Shown piece after piece: positions 26,512 to 40,194 of a stretch of 64,000 bases of DNA; within the stretch, counting starts at the first letter, position 1; each line of letters starts with the position of its first letter. The stretch spans positions 70,618,001 through 70,682,000 of the forward strand of contig OX597819.1 of NCBI GenBank assembly GCA_951406725.2, written 5' to 3'. The notes below the pieces were generated by a model that was given only the letters and a program-made list of their open reading frames with translations, did not search any database and was not told where the DNA came from. Source of the DNA: Octopus vulgaris (Eukaryota). Position numbers and translations under genes: made by a program.

Positions 26512-26979
26512 ACTACATACTTGGAATGACCAATTTTAAATACTATTGGAATTCACTCACAAGGTATTGGAATCTTATTGTATACTATTCTGCCTAAATA
26601 ATGGATCTACAAATGCAATATCCGTGCATATTTCACATCTATTTTCATTCCTCCACTTCACTCTCTATTTCCTATCTTATCTAAATTAACTATTGCTTAA
26701 CCCATTTTCTCACACTGCCTCCAATGAAGGGATGTAATTAAATATCCTGGAAATAGCTGTAAGACCTTCTATTTATAAATGTTCAAAAATCTTCACAGCC
26801 TTGGTTTATCTCATTCAGAAAAAAAAATATATATATATATATACACACACTGATATATGACCTATGTTGGACTCCTTATTCACATAATCGCTGAACCTGG
26901 AGCTTAACTATGGTCTATCCATAGCACTTACTCAGCATTACCTGACACCTTTGGGTCTTATTGATACCATGACCTCTCA

Positions 26980-28510
26980 GCGTACATGGAGGCTACAGTT
27001 TTGGCTCCCGCAATGAAGAGGGAATCAGGCTGCTGGAGTTCTGCGATGCAAATGATCTTATGGTTTGCAATACTAACTTCAGAAAACCTGCCAGTCACCT
27101 ACTGTTCTGACAGACACACTAGCCAAATTGACTATATCCTCCCCAGAAAAAGGGAAAGATGGCTGCTTATAAATGCCAAAACCTTCCCAGGGGAAGAGTG
27201 TACCCCACAACATAGACTGGTAGTTAGTGACTTCAGGATCAGGGCTAAATGGGTGCCCAGAAGACGACCAGCATGGAGGAGAAGGGTCTGGAAGCTTAAA
27301 GATCCTGCAAATGGACAGAGATTTAGAGACATATTGCTCGAAGCCTTTGATGAAATAGAAGGGGATATAGCTTTACACGATATAGAAGATAACTGGAGGT
27401 TTTTATGGGACAAGAATAGCCTGGGCAAAGTTCAGAGAGCTCTTACCTCTGCTGGTGACAAAGGGCTTCTCGCTCAGAGTAAAAGGTAGACTGTATGATG
27501 CATGTGTACGAACAGCCATGCTACATGGCAGTGAAACATGGGCCGTGACTGCTGAAGACATATGTAAGCTCGCAAGGAATGAAGCCAGTATGATCTGATG
27601 GATGTGTAATGTCAGTGTGCATACTCGACAGAGTGTAAGTACCTTGAGAAAAAAGCTGGACTTAAGAAGCATCAGATGTAGTGTGCAAGAGAGACGACTG
27701 CGCTGGTATGGTCAGGTGGCGAGAATACATGAGGATAGCTGTGTGAAAAAGTGCCACACCCTAGCAGTTGAGAGAACCTGTGGAAGAGGTAGATCCAGGA
27801 AGACCTGGAATGAAGTGGTGAAGCACGACCTTTGAACATTAGGCCTCACCAAGGCAATGACTAGTGACCGGGATATTTGGAAATATGTGGTGCTTGAGAA
27901 GACCCGGCAAGCCAAATGAGACCATAACCTCGTGGCCTATGCCAGAGGTGTAACCAGCCCATTTATGTGTACCTTTCCTTCATTGGACACTAAACTCTGC
28001 TTGCGAAGACCTGTTGAGGCAAGTGAAATTGAAATCGAAATCAAATTTGATGACTGGCATCTGTGCTGGTGGAGCGTTAAGAGTACCATCTGAATGTGAT
28101 CATTGCCAGAGCAGTTAACTGGCTTCCATGCTGGTGGCACATAAAAAGCACCATTCAAGTGTGATCGTTACCAGCGTCGCCTTACTGGTACTTGTGCCGG
28201 TGGCACGTGAAAAAACATTCGAGCGAGATCGTTGCCAGTGCCGCTGGATTGGCTCCTGTGCAGGTGGCACGTAAAAAACACCATTTGAGTGTGGCCTTTG
28301 CCAGTACTGCCTGACTGGCCCTCGTGCCGGTGGCATGTAAAAGCACCCACTACACTCTCAGAGTGGTTGGTGTTAGGAAGGGCATCCAGCTGTAGAAACT
28401 CTACCAGATCGAGAATGGATCCTGGAGCAGTCATCTGATTCGCCAGTCCTCAGTCAAATTGTCCAACCCATGCTAGCATCGGAAGCAGACATTAAACGAT
28501 GATGATGATG
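26980..28510 (+). mobile_element. Internally deleted RTE-clade LINE with 3' UTR
   Basis: APE C-terminus (SQIDYIL...PGEECTPQHRLVVSDF), RT C-terminal region (GSETW, RRLRWYG, GRGRSRKTW), tandem-repeat 3' UTR and (GAT)n tail. Confidence 0.85.
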
Positions 28511-28928
28511 GTAATATATATAGGTATTCATGTGTCTGTGTTTGTACCTGTACCATCATTTGATAACCAGTATTGGTGTGTTTACGTCCATGTAACTTAG
28601 TGGTTTGGTAAAAGAAACTGATAGAATGAGTACTAGGCTTACAAAGAATAAGTCCTGGGGTCAATTTGTTCGACTAAAGGCAGAGCTCCAGCATGGCCAA
28701 AGTCAAATGAGTGAAACAGGTAAAAAAGAAAATAGTGCATCTAGGATTACATCAGCTCATAAGTCATTCCTTTTATATAAAGACGGTAGGGGAAGAGATT
28801 TGGATATTAATTTTAGCAACTAGAGAAACCACAAAGATGTTACCAAGTTGGCCTAGTGCTAATGAAATTTGAACTTTCAAAGTCACTTGTATCATTTGTT
28901 ATTAAGAAATAAAAAATTTTATTTTATA

Positions 28929-29340
28929 GGGGCAGACGTGGCTGTGAGGTAAGTAGCTTACTTCCCAACCACACGGTCCTGAGTTCAGTCCCACAGCATG
29001 GCACCTTGGCTAAGTGTCTTCTACAATAGACTCAGGCTGACCAAAACCTTGTGGGTTGATTTGGCAGAGGGAAACTGAAAGAAGCTGTCGTTTGTGTGTA
29101 TGTATGTATGTATGTTTCTACGTGTGTATGTCTTTGTGTGTGCTTGTCTCCTATCACTACTTGACAACCGGTGTTGCTGTGTTTATGTCCTGTAACTTAG
29201 CTGTTCGGCAAATAGGCCGATAGAATAAGTACTAGGCTTTAAAAAAAGCAAGTAATGAGGTAATTTCATTCAACAAGAAATTCTAGAATGCAGTGCTCCA
29301 CCATGGTCGCAATCTAATGACTGAAACAAGTAAAAGATAA
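28929..29340 (+). mobile_element. Family B (CORE-like) SINE, full length
   Basis: Head, (GTAT)n spacer, ttgacaaccggtg body and atgactgaaacaagtaaaaga tail. Confidence 0.8.
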
Positions 29341-29354
29341 GGGATGTGTGTGTG

Positions 29355-29449
<95 letters not shown>

Positions 29450-30458
29450 TTAAGTTGGCATCTTTTATTTGTCAGATTCTTCACATAAAACTACAGTCAT
29501 CTTCGTTTTTAATTAATGAACATTACTGAAGAACAAACGAATCCAAAGATGCAGTCTTCAGCACTAAAAATGACAGCACCACTGCTAATCTGCTTCCTAA
29601 GTCATCCTAGAAGCCTCTATGCGGTCGCTCGATCTGTTAGAAATAATAGTAAAATCGCACCCTTTGTCTCAGTTAAAGAAAAACACATTAAGCTAATTTA
29701 AGCTTAGATAAACAAAAAGACCTTTCATCGTAAGTTTGTTCAATCAGAACTGAACAACATACTTCATACTTAGTCTTCCATCCCATCCTTTCGGGGTGGA
29801 TAAATTAAGAGCCAGTCAAGTACTGGGGCCGATGTAATCGACTATTCGCCTCCCCACAAATTCCAGGCCTTATGCTTCTAGTAGAAAGGATTATTAACCA
29901 TCCCATGACCTTAAGCAGAAACGTAAAATTAAACTTTTTACGCATTTAGAAATTAATTAACTCTAATTAATAATAATTATAAGACTCTAAATTAGATTTA
30001 TTATTTATTCAGGAATGTTGTTATTTAGAAGTTGGAAGTTAATGCAGCTGTGCTTTATGTCGAAGGTTTTCTAGTCTTTTATGAGAATGTAAGACTATAT
30101 TATCCTATGTGTCCTTGCTTTTCTCGGAACAATAGCGTGTCAAAAGAGATAAGATTTGGCTGCTATTTTTAGTAGGAAGTACGAACACATACTGTATTTG
30201 ATGATATGTAAGGCGCATTTTTTCCCCAAAAGTGAGCCCTACATCCGAAGTCGGGCCTCCATTACATAGTTTAATGCATTAAAAACTTTTTTCCTGAATA
30301 TATACTGAGATACTGTGCGTCTAATATGCCCGTGTATGTTTTATGCCATCAAATACGGCAGATATTTCCTCGTTGGGGGTGTATAATCCTTCCTTTCCTG
30401 GTATGGTATACTTTTCAATCAGGCAGTAAAAAAACAAAACAAAACGTTAAAATCTTAC

Positions 30459-30612
30459 TCAATGACTCCAGATATTCTTCAGAGCTGATCATATCATAAA
30501 GAGGGTCTTTAGGAGCCGGCGGTAAATTAGCTGACATCGACGGTAGCGGGGTCCAAGGATCGTTCTTCATGATTGTCGACGTTGATGTTACTTCAGTCTC
30601 ACTATCCGCCAT
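30459..30612 (-). CDS. CCDC32: CCDC32 (C15orf57)-like protein, first coding exon
   Basis: ATG at 30612; MADSETEV...NDPW...SEEYLESL then A|gtaaga, phase 1 matching the next exon. The joined YLESLNRRLQQIK resembles CCDC32 YLASLEKKLRRIK; 468-nt CDS, 155 aa. Confidence 0.85.
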
Positions 30613-31314
30613 TAAACTATGGATATCGCTTGGTTATGTCTTACACCACAATAGTATTAATCTGCTTGATTAATAATAAATGTTTTATATATACTTCATT
30701 ATAGAATACATATATAATCATAATCCCACAGAGAGAAGGCTATTGTCAGGAGCAAAATATATTTTAATGTCTTGTTTAATATGATGCACGGAAGGTTTAC
30801 ATATAAATATCGGTTGGTTAGGTCTTATGTCAAAAAGACATGAAACGATATGATCAGAAAATATATTCTTGTACTTAAAAGTTTGGTTAAATATTATACG
30901 CACAAAGTTTCGTTTAAACAAGAAGCCAAATTAATTTTTCAACATTCCTGACTTTATTTTCTTTCATTTTCAATCTTGCACTTATTTGTCTCTAAAACGA
31001 ATTATCGCCTTCTTTATTTAAAATGTAATAAATAAAAGGTTTTTGAGACGGTGTTACTCTGTACCAGCGCCTCAGCTTCGCGAACATCCACGGTAATGCC
31101 AAGGGTGTTTTGAATTGCCTGAAAAAATTTTTAGAGGGGAAAGGGTATCTATGTTCCTTGTACGTTGCATAATTGAAGGTGCATACAAATCTCTTTATTT
31201 CACACGCATAGTCGTGAAAATTTATATTGTACATAAGGGGACATAACTTAAAGTATAGTTGTTCCCCTTCAATTTGCTCTGCTAACTTCTGACATTCATT
31301 TTTTAAATTGCCTA

Positions 31315-31898
31315 TTGGGGGCTAAACATAGAGAGGACAAACAAGGACAGACAAAGGGATTAAGTCGATTACATCGACACCAGTGCATAAATGGTACTTA
31401 TTTAATTGATCCCGAAAGGATGAAAGGCAAAGTCGACCTCAGCGGAATTTGAACTCAGAACGTAGCGGCAGACGAAATACCTATTTCTTTACTACCCACA
31501 AAGGGCATAACACAGTGGGGACAAACAAGGACATACACACGGATTAAGTCGATTACATCGACCCCAGTGCGTAACTGGTACTTATTTAATCGACCCCGAA
31601 AGGATGAAAGGCAAAGTCGACCTCGGCGGAATTTGAACTCAGAACGTAGCGGCAAACGAAATACCTATTTCTTTACTACCCACAAGGGGCTAAACACAGA
31701 GAGGACAAACAAGGACAGACAAACGGATTAAGTCGATTATATCGACCACAGTGCGTAACTGGTACCTATTTAATCGACCCTGAAAGGATGAAAGGCAAAG
31801 TCGACCTCGGCAGAATTTGAACTCAGAACGTAGCGGCAGACGAAATACCACTAAGCATTTCGCCCGGCGTGCTAACGTTTCTGCCAGCACGCCCCGCC
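31315..31898 (-). mobile_element. Tandem trimer of family A SINE (184-bp period)
   Basis: The junction gaaatac|ctatttctttactacccacaagg recurs at 31481 and 31665. Confidence 0.9.
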
Positions 31899-32216
31899 TA
31901 CAAGTTACATATATTATATCATACCTTGATACTGTGTGGACTGGGATTCCCGTTGACAGGACCCTGGTATTTAAAATAAAGCGTCAACATTTACATATGC
32001 AAATTAGTAGCCCCAGTTTTTCTGTAGTTATTGTAATTGTTGAGTATACAAAGAGATTAGCTGCTTGTTTCTCTGGGATTGGTCGAATTGATGTAGACGC
32101 CTCTGATCAGAATCCAATAAGATTCGAAAATCATTTTAAAATCTACCGAGAAGCAGATAAATTAGCGCTGTTCATAAAGGTATTATATAAGTTACATAAT
32201 TATTTAGTCTTTAGTC

Positions 32217-32729
32217 AGGGTATGGCCTGGTCAGCCTGTAATGACATGCATAAGATCTGGTCATCAAATCTAAGTAGAGACTTCAAACTTGAAATCTTCA
32301 AAGCCACAGTCGAACCAATTTTACTATATGGCTCAGAAACCTGGACGTTATCAAAGAAGCTTGAGAGGCGGTTGGATGGAATCTACATTCGCCTCCTTAT
32401 GAGAGCTCAAAATCTCTCGTGGAAGCGTCATCCAACGAAAATGCAAATATATGGGAAACTACCACCTGTGTCATCTCTTGTGAAAGGATAGGAGAGTCCA
32501 GTTTGCTGGACATTGTTGTAGAGCTGAAAACGAGGCAATTTCTACTCTTCTCCTCTGGAAGCCATCAACTCGCAATACCAGAAGGCGCACACTCTCCTAC
32601 ACTGATGTAATCTCCAGGGATACAGGCATCCAGCAACAGGACCTCCGTAATGCTATGATGGACCGTGAAGTCTGGCGTAGCATGGTAAATTCCATTGTCT
32701 CGACCACGATCGAACTATGATGATGATGA
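32217..32729 (+). mobile_element. 5'-truncated RTE LINE with TSD
   Basis: FKATVEPILLYGSETWTL peptide, (GAT)n tail, TSD ttagtcttta(g/a)tc. Confidence 0.9.
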
Positions 32730-32849
32730 TTAGTCTTTAATCATTCTAATTTCTTATGACCACTGTGTACTCGAATGGCGCTTCGTTCTGAAGCACATGT
32801 ACGTTGAGTTCTAACACGAGTTTATTTGTAATGCTGTGGCTAAACGTTG

Positions 32850-33225
32850 TCATCATCATCGTTTAACGTTCACTTTCCATGTTGGCATGGGTTTGACGGT
32901 TTGACTGAGGGCTGGTGATCCAGGAGGCTGCACCAAGCTCCAATCTGTTCTGGTAAGCTTTCTACAGCTGGATGCCCTTCCTAACGCCAACTACTCCGAG
33001 TGTAGTGGGTGCATTTTACGTGCCTCCGGTACGGGAGCCAGTCAAGCAGCACTGGCATCGACCACACTTGAATGGTGTTTTTTACGTGCCGCCGGCACGG
33101 AAGCCAGTCAGGCGGCACTGGCATCCACCACGCTCGAATGGTGCTTCTTATGATCCACTGGCACAGTTGCCAGTGGATTGACCACGCTCGAATAATGCTT
33201 TTTACGTGTCACCGGCACGTGAAAA
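32850..33225 (-). mobile_element. Family C / RTE-tail element
   Basis: (CAT)n, ggatgcccttcctaacgccaac, tandem ttttacgtgcc.ccgg.ac units. Confidence 0.75.
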
Positions 33226-33242
33226 CGGAATATTAAAATAGG

Positions 33243-33368
<126 letters not shown>

Positions 33369-33694
33369 GTATGTGTTTGGCGAGTTTTTATATTTACCTT
33401 TTGACAAATTCACTTATAAAGCATTGACTGGCTCAGTGCTATTGTACAAAAATGCGGACAAACACCAGTGTTTGACTCGAGCAATAAATAAATAAATAAA
33501 ATAGGGCAATAGGTGTAAAACAACATGTAGTAAACGAATATCACGAAAAAAATTTCGCCGACGAACGGGGAAGTAGTGAGAGGACTCGGAACATTCCTGA
33601 TGTGAATTTTCCGAGTCTCTTCCTCCGCTCCCAGTTCGCCAACGCGCATTTTTTTATTCATATTCATTTGCTTCATGTTGTTTTACACCTATTG

Positions 33695-33765
<71 letters not shown>

Positions 33766-34315
33766 CTCGGGTCAAACACTAAAGTTTGACCGCATTTCTT
33801 CCAACTTAACTTTTTAAGTTCAAATTCAACCGGGGTTGCATTTCCTTTCACCGTTTCAGGATCGATGAAATAAATAACAGTTGAGTACTAGGGTCAATCC
33901 TCTGAAATTGCTGGCCTTGTACCAAAATTTGAAAACAACACATATGATGAACGAAATGAAGGTTTTTTTTTCTTCTAAATATTGTGTCAGGACCGATCGT
34001 TAAGGTACTGGCAACTCATGCAGTCGCTTGAGGGAGGAAAAGTCACGTTCTTCTGCAGAAGGTGCAACATCTTGTGTTTGGGAACTTGAAATTATAAAAA
34101 GGAGAAATATTATTTTATTCTTTTAACTTGTTTCAGTCATTTGATAGCAGCTATGCTGGAGCACCGCCTTTAGTCGAACAAATCGATCCCAGGACTTAAT
34201 CTTTGTAAGCCTCGTACTTATTCTAACATTCACTTTTGCCGAACCGCTGCGAGGGACCGCTACGGGGAGATAGACATACTAGTTGTCAAACGGTGGTGGT
34301 GGAAACACACACACG

Positions 34316-34740
34316 CAGGTGAAAAGTAAGTAGGCATTAAAATTTGGCAATAAAATTCATATTCCTTCTACAAATTTATTGAAACAAATGAGACGTGTTC
34401 TTGGGAAATGAAAGTAAAACTTCATATTTCAACATAAGCACCAGTGGTGTCAACCAGTTTCCTCAAACGGTCAGGAATGGAAGGAACAACCTTCTGGGAT
34501 ATCATTGAGGACCTCCTGAATCTGTGTCTCCAAGTCCTCCAGTGTGCGAGGTTTTGTCTAATACACCTCCTCTTTTGTGAAACCTCCTCAGGTAAAAATC
34601 ACATGGAGTGAGATCTGGACTTTTGGATTTCTGCGGTCACAGTCTTCATGTTATACCGCCTGCACGTAATGGGGTTTCCACGGACGAAAATTTAATTCTT
34701 TATGCAATACCGTACGTATTGTGTGTCTCGTTAGTTCTCA
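34316..34740 (-). mobile_element. Tc1/mariner transposase remnant
   Basis: Minus strand SPDLTPCDFYL*G..KEEVY..KPRTLEDLETQI. Confidence 0.7.
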
Positions 34741-34859
34741 GAGCTTAGCGAGAAATCGTTGAGAGCTGGTTTAATAGATGACCAAAATATTCTGCTCACT
34801 TCTGGTTAGTGTTTCATAATATTGCTTTCCTCTGTGTAAAAGTGTTAGCCATACTTACA

Positions 34860-36200
34860 ATCGGAGAAGAGGCGGCTCAATCTGGAGAGACTCGCTGATC
34901 TCCGAGCCACGCATTCAGAGACCTTTCGGAGGAATTCTATTTCGGTCGCTTGTATTCGCGATCTTTCGATTTCTATCATTATTCAGCATAGGCAGGGATA
35001 AGCAGGAGACGAAGAGAGAGACCGAAATTCAGATGGCTGGATAATATCGGTCATGCTCGGAGATTCAACCAGAAAGTGTAATGACGGTAATAGGACCCTT
35101 GGAGGAGGTGCCTGAGATTTCTATCCCATGCCCCTTCCAGGAATAGTGGACGAAGAAAGTGGATGGAGAGATGGATGAACTTTATATTGGTGCGTTATCA
35201 CGTTTCTGGGAAGCGCTTATCTTTCTCAGATTATTTTAAAAGGCATTTCACTTTGCAAAAATTTGCAGCGACCTGAATATCGTCTGGTTCTACCAACTGT
35301 CAACAGATACGCTGTTCTTTTTATGTCTTTTTAAGTCCATTTACTTTGTTCCTTTAGAACAATTCGATGATATTTTCGTTTTACTGGTAACAGCTGTTAT
35401 ATCTTCGCGTGATTTTCGTCAGACCAATCAGAACGGTTGTTACTGAGAAACCGATTGAGGCAGCAGCTGTTTTGTAGAGTGTCTCATACAACTTCTTCCA
35501 GAGAGAATCGACAGGTGCACTATTTCACGGTGCAGTGTTGGGTCATATTGCTGATCATACTCGCTGCAAGTGCAAGTTGCACTTCATATGAGTTTTAAGT
35601 TCTTCGACATCCAATTACATTCACTGCAAATTCTGCTAACCTTTTTGCATTTTACTTCCACAGACATGTGGAATATGTCAATATGTGATCAATACATTAT
35701 CAGTAAAGCAGTTCGTCTGACACATTGCATAGATACAGCACATGTCTGCAATTAAGTATAGATATATGTAATAGCTGTTAACCCTTTGCCTGTCCTGTGT
35801 ATCTTCTGTAAGAAAGGTTTCATAATCGAAAAGTATTGGATAAATCTACTGTTCCTTTTATTTGGAATGTTCACAATCCGTGTCATTTACCAAGAAGTTG
35901 TTCTTCCATGAAAAAAAGGTACAAGGCCTTTTTGGTGCCCAATATTTTTTTGCTGAACAAAACTTTGTTTTTGCATTTCAACCATCTGCCGTTTGGATTG
36001 TTAGTAAAATCTGATTTGGGTCTTTTAGTGGAATCCGTGCGGGAACTAAAGATCCTTTCTTATCACCATTTCTCTACCTTTGGAACAATATCTTTGCATT
36101 TCAAATTAAAGAAATTGCAAGCGCTGTTATGAGGTTATTTTTATGAGTATTCAGAATAATACTAGATAGCAGTTATGTATTGTTGTGTATACTGTAAATA
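34860..36200 (-). mobile_element. Highly degraded RTE-clade LINE
   Basis: Remnant peptides DSLWKKLYETL, SDWSDENH (cf. DWFDEN) and RIQATEIEFLRKV; many stops and frameshifts. Confidence 0.55.
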
Positions 36201-36949
36201 TTATTGGTTTTAACAGCCAGGACATTTGTACGTCCATCACTGTCTAAATTACTTTTACTTTTCTTTAAGCAGTTTTGAAATCTATTATATTTCGGAAGGG
36301 TCATTCTGCCAATAATAAACACACGTACTGGTTCTATTTCACTTCTTTATTTTATTAGTCAGTTGGTTAACCACTTAACCCATTAACTAGTTGATTGTTT
36401 GATTAATCATTCGGCATAATGACTACCTGACTACACCACAAGAGATACAATTCTTGTTTAAAATTCATTGATCCAACGGTAGCTTTGTCTAAAGAGACAC
36501 AACCAGGTTGAAACACTGCAGTGTCTCAAAGATTCCTTATTTCAGTGAAACGATTGTGTTGTAAACTGTCTGAAAGGAAAAAATTGTTCCCTTTAGACAA
36601 AATGCAACAACGATTAGCACATACATATGCAGCAGGTCGATTTCTATATATTTATCGATTTACCTGTCAATCTGTGTGCGCTTCTGTAGGAATGTATGCA
36701 CACATGTTGATGTACGCGGGTTGTAATGCGTGTAGAATTGCATGCGCGTGCGCACATACACACGCACATACACACAAATACAAGGCCGGCCCTAGGGTTG
36801 CTGGCGCTTCGTGCAAGATGAGCTTCGGCGCCCTTTATAAGTATAATTTTTTAAAAGCTTTTACAAGGAGAAAAACTGAAAATGTAGACTAAAAAGCACA
36901 CAGCACAACGAGCAACTGCCCGAGGTGCCGGTACCTTAAGCCGGCTCGG

Positions 36950-36988
<39 letters not shown>

Positions 36989-37069
36989 GCACACACACAC
37001 ACACACACACGCACGCACATACACTCACATACACACACACACACACACACACACATTATATATATATTT

Positions 37070-37474
37070 ACTTTTTTTACTTGTTTCAATCTTTTGACGG
37101 CGGCCATGCTGGAGCACCACCTTTAGTCGAACAAATCGATCCCAGGGTTTATTCTTTGTCAGCCTAGTATCTATTCTATCGGTGTCTTATGCTGAACCGC
37201 TATGTTTCTGGGACGTAAACACACCAGCATCGGTTGTCAAGCGATGGTCGGGAGACAATCACAGACACACACACACACACACACACTATATATATATATA
37301 TATATATATACGACGGGCTTCTTTCAGTTTCCGCCTACCACATCCACTCACAACGCTTTAGTCGGCCCGAAGCTATAGCTGAACTGAACCCGGAACCATA
37401 TGGCTCGGAAGCAAACTTCTTACCACATAGTCACACCTGCGCCTATCTGTGTCTATATCTGTAGGTATACACAC

Positions 37475-37543
<69 letters not shown>

Positions 37544-37621
37544 TCATCTATCTCTCTATACATCTATCCATCTATCTATCTATCTATCTATCTATTCATC
37601 TATCTCTCTATACATCTATCC

Positions 37622-37687
<66 letters not shown>

Positions 37688-38153
37688 TTCTCTCTCCCCC
37701 TCTCTCTTTCTCTCTCTCATATTTATATATAAATGTGTGTTTGGGTGTGTGTGTATATATATATATATATATATGTGGCTGTGTGGTAAGTAGCTTGCTA
37801 ACCAGCCACATGGCACCTTGGGCAAGTGTCTTCTGCTATAGCCTCGGGCCGACCAAAGCCTTGTGAGTGGATTTGGTAGACGGAAACTGAAAGAAGCCTG
37901 TCGTATATATGTATATATATGTATATGTATGTGTGTGTTTGTGTGTCTGTGTTTGTCGCCCTAGCATTGCTTGACAACCGATGCTGGTGTGTTTACGTCC
38001 CCGTCACTTAGCGGTTCGGCAAAAGTGACCGATAGAATAAGTACTGGGCTTACAAAGAATAAGTCTCGGGGTCGATTTGCTCGACTAAAGGCGGTGCTCC
38101 AGCATGGCCGCAGTCAAATGACTGAAACAAGTAAAAGAGTAAAAGAGTAAAAG
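37070..38153. mobile_element. Head-to-head family B SINE pair around (CTAT)n (37070-37445 on -, 37775-38153 on +)
   Basis: The same head, body and tail in opposite orientations. Confidence 0.8.
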
Positions 38154-38186
38154 AATATATACTTACATATAAAAAAATATACATGT

Positions 38187-38335
38187 ATTATAATTTAGGG
38201 TATCTAAGAGGTACCACAACGCTGGAAATAGCAGCCAAAACTTGACTCTAAAACCACATTTAATGTGGTTTTAGAGTCAAGTTTTGGCTGCTATTTCCAT
38301 TGTGTTGGTATCGCTTAGATACCCTGAATTATAAT
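38187..38335. repeat. Long palindrome
   Basis: 38-bp perfect arms (38223-38260 / 38262-38299) with a 1-nt spacer, extending imperfectly to ~74 bp. Confidence 0.9.
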
Positions 38336-38481
38336 TTTAATAATAATTATTACCTTTGAAGGTTTTTATTCCCATGGTGACCACTTAATATCGGTATTTA
38401 AATAACGATCTTATCCTTATTTATATAAATACATACATATGTATGTATGTGTATATATATATTTATATACACACATACATG

Positions 38482-38568
<87 letters not shown>

Positions 38569-38737
38569 CAAGGACACCGTGATGGTGTCGGCTCTCCTGG
38601 TGATGTCTATAGTCGCCTGGGGCTAAATGCATCAGTAACACCCCCACCACCCCGCCCTGTCCCTAGCCACATTCAGATGGCTGGTCCCGCTTATATTACA
38701 GAGCAGTTACTGTTTATACCTCGCTTAGAGATTTATT

Positions 38738-38803
<66 letters not shown>

Positions 38804-39163
38804 CACACATACGTACATAGACAGATATGTACATATGTAGCAAAGTATGCGTATACACAGGTACATAACTGTTTCTGTGTATGTATTTGATAATTTAGAC
38901 TTGGGTGTGTGTAAGTGTATATGCATGGGTATGTGAGTGTGTGTGCGTGTGTGTATGTTTGCTTGTGTTTCTGCGTGTTTGTGTCGGTATATTTGCGCGT
39001 CTATGTATGTTTATGTGCGTGTTTATGCAAGCAATGAGTCACCCAATGCCACCTGCTCCGATTGGTGGTGAGCAACAAACTGTCGTTGTAGTTGTTGTTG
39101 TTGCTCAAAGCAGTAGTGATTACAGTGATGGCGATGGCGATAGCGATGGTAAGTGTGCGTGTA

Positions 39164-39204
<41 letters not shown>

Positions 39205-39919
39205 TACTAGTGGTTATGACTATGCATGCACGCAAAGGAAGCGTAGTTGGCGAGAAAGTGGTTGTTATGGTGATGGTGACAGCGGTGGCGGTGGTGGCGT
39301 TGGTGCTAGTGGAAGGTGGTTCTACCATTGGGAGCTGCGTGGCCACTCTACCGTCACCGCTTTCTGCCCATAGTCAGTGTTTTTCTTATCGCCAGGACGT
39401 GTTAATCTTACTATTTTTGTTTCAGTTTGATAAAACGACTGATTTAAAGTCTTATCATGAAATAGGGGTAAAAAAAAAAAAAAAAAAAAGAAAAAAAGAA
39501 AAAAAGAAAAGAAAAGAAAAATTAAAGAAAGAAAGCCATTTGGATGGATTTCGTTAATCTTCAGAAGTAACACCATTTAACGAGCACTTATCGTCTGATA
39601 AATATTCAATCAGTCTCTTGTCGAGCTGCAAATTTATGGGGAAGTAAACAAAAATACACCGGTTATCAAATGTTTAATTGGGGATGGCTCACACACACAC
39701 ACATGCACACACATACACACACACACACATATATATAAAACAGGCTTCCTCGCGGTTTCCATTTATCAAATCCACTTACAAGGCATTGGTCGGTCCCAGG
39801 GCTATAGTTGAAAACACATGTCTAATGTGCCGCGCTGTGGAATTGAACGGGAAACCACACGATTGCAAAGCGACCATTTTCACTACACAGCCGATGGTAA
39901 ATATATATATATAAATATG

Positions 39920-40194
<275 letters not shown>

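Noticed and set aside
31315-31898. CRISPR-like regularly spaced repeats (also the gtgccggtggcacgtaaaa arrays at ~28060-28350)
   Set aside because: The intervening sequences are homologous to each other rather than unique spacers; eukaryotic SINE and LINE UTR context; no cas genes.
31817-32491. 224-aa ORF (and the 197-aa ORF at 49905-50498) as novel genes
   Set aside because: Chance read-through from SINE or flanking DNA into truncated RTE LINE fragments bounded by TSDs.
38268-38299. GTTTTAGAG and reverse GAAATAGC resembling the Cas9 repeat or sgRNA scaffold
   Set aside because: Short coincidental matches in the wrong order and orientation within a genomic palindrome.
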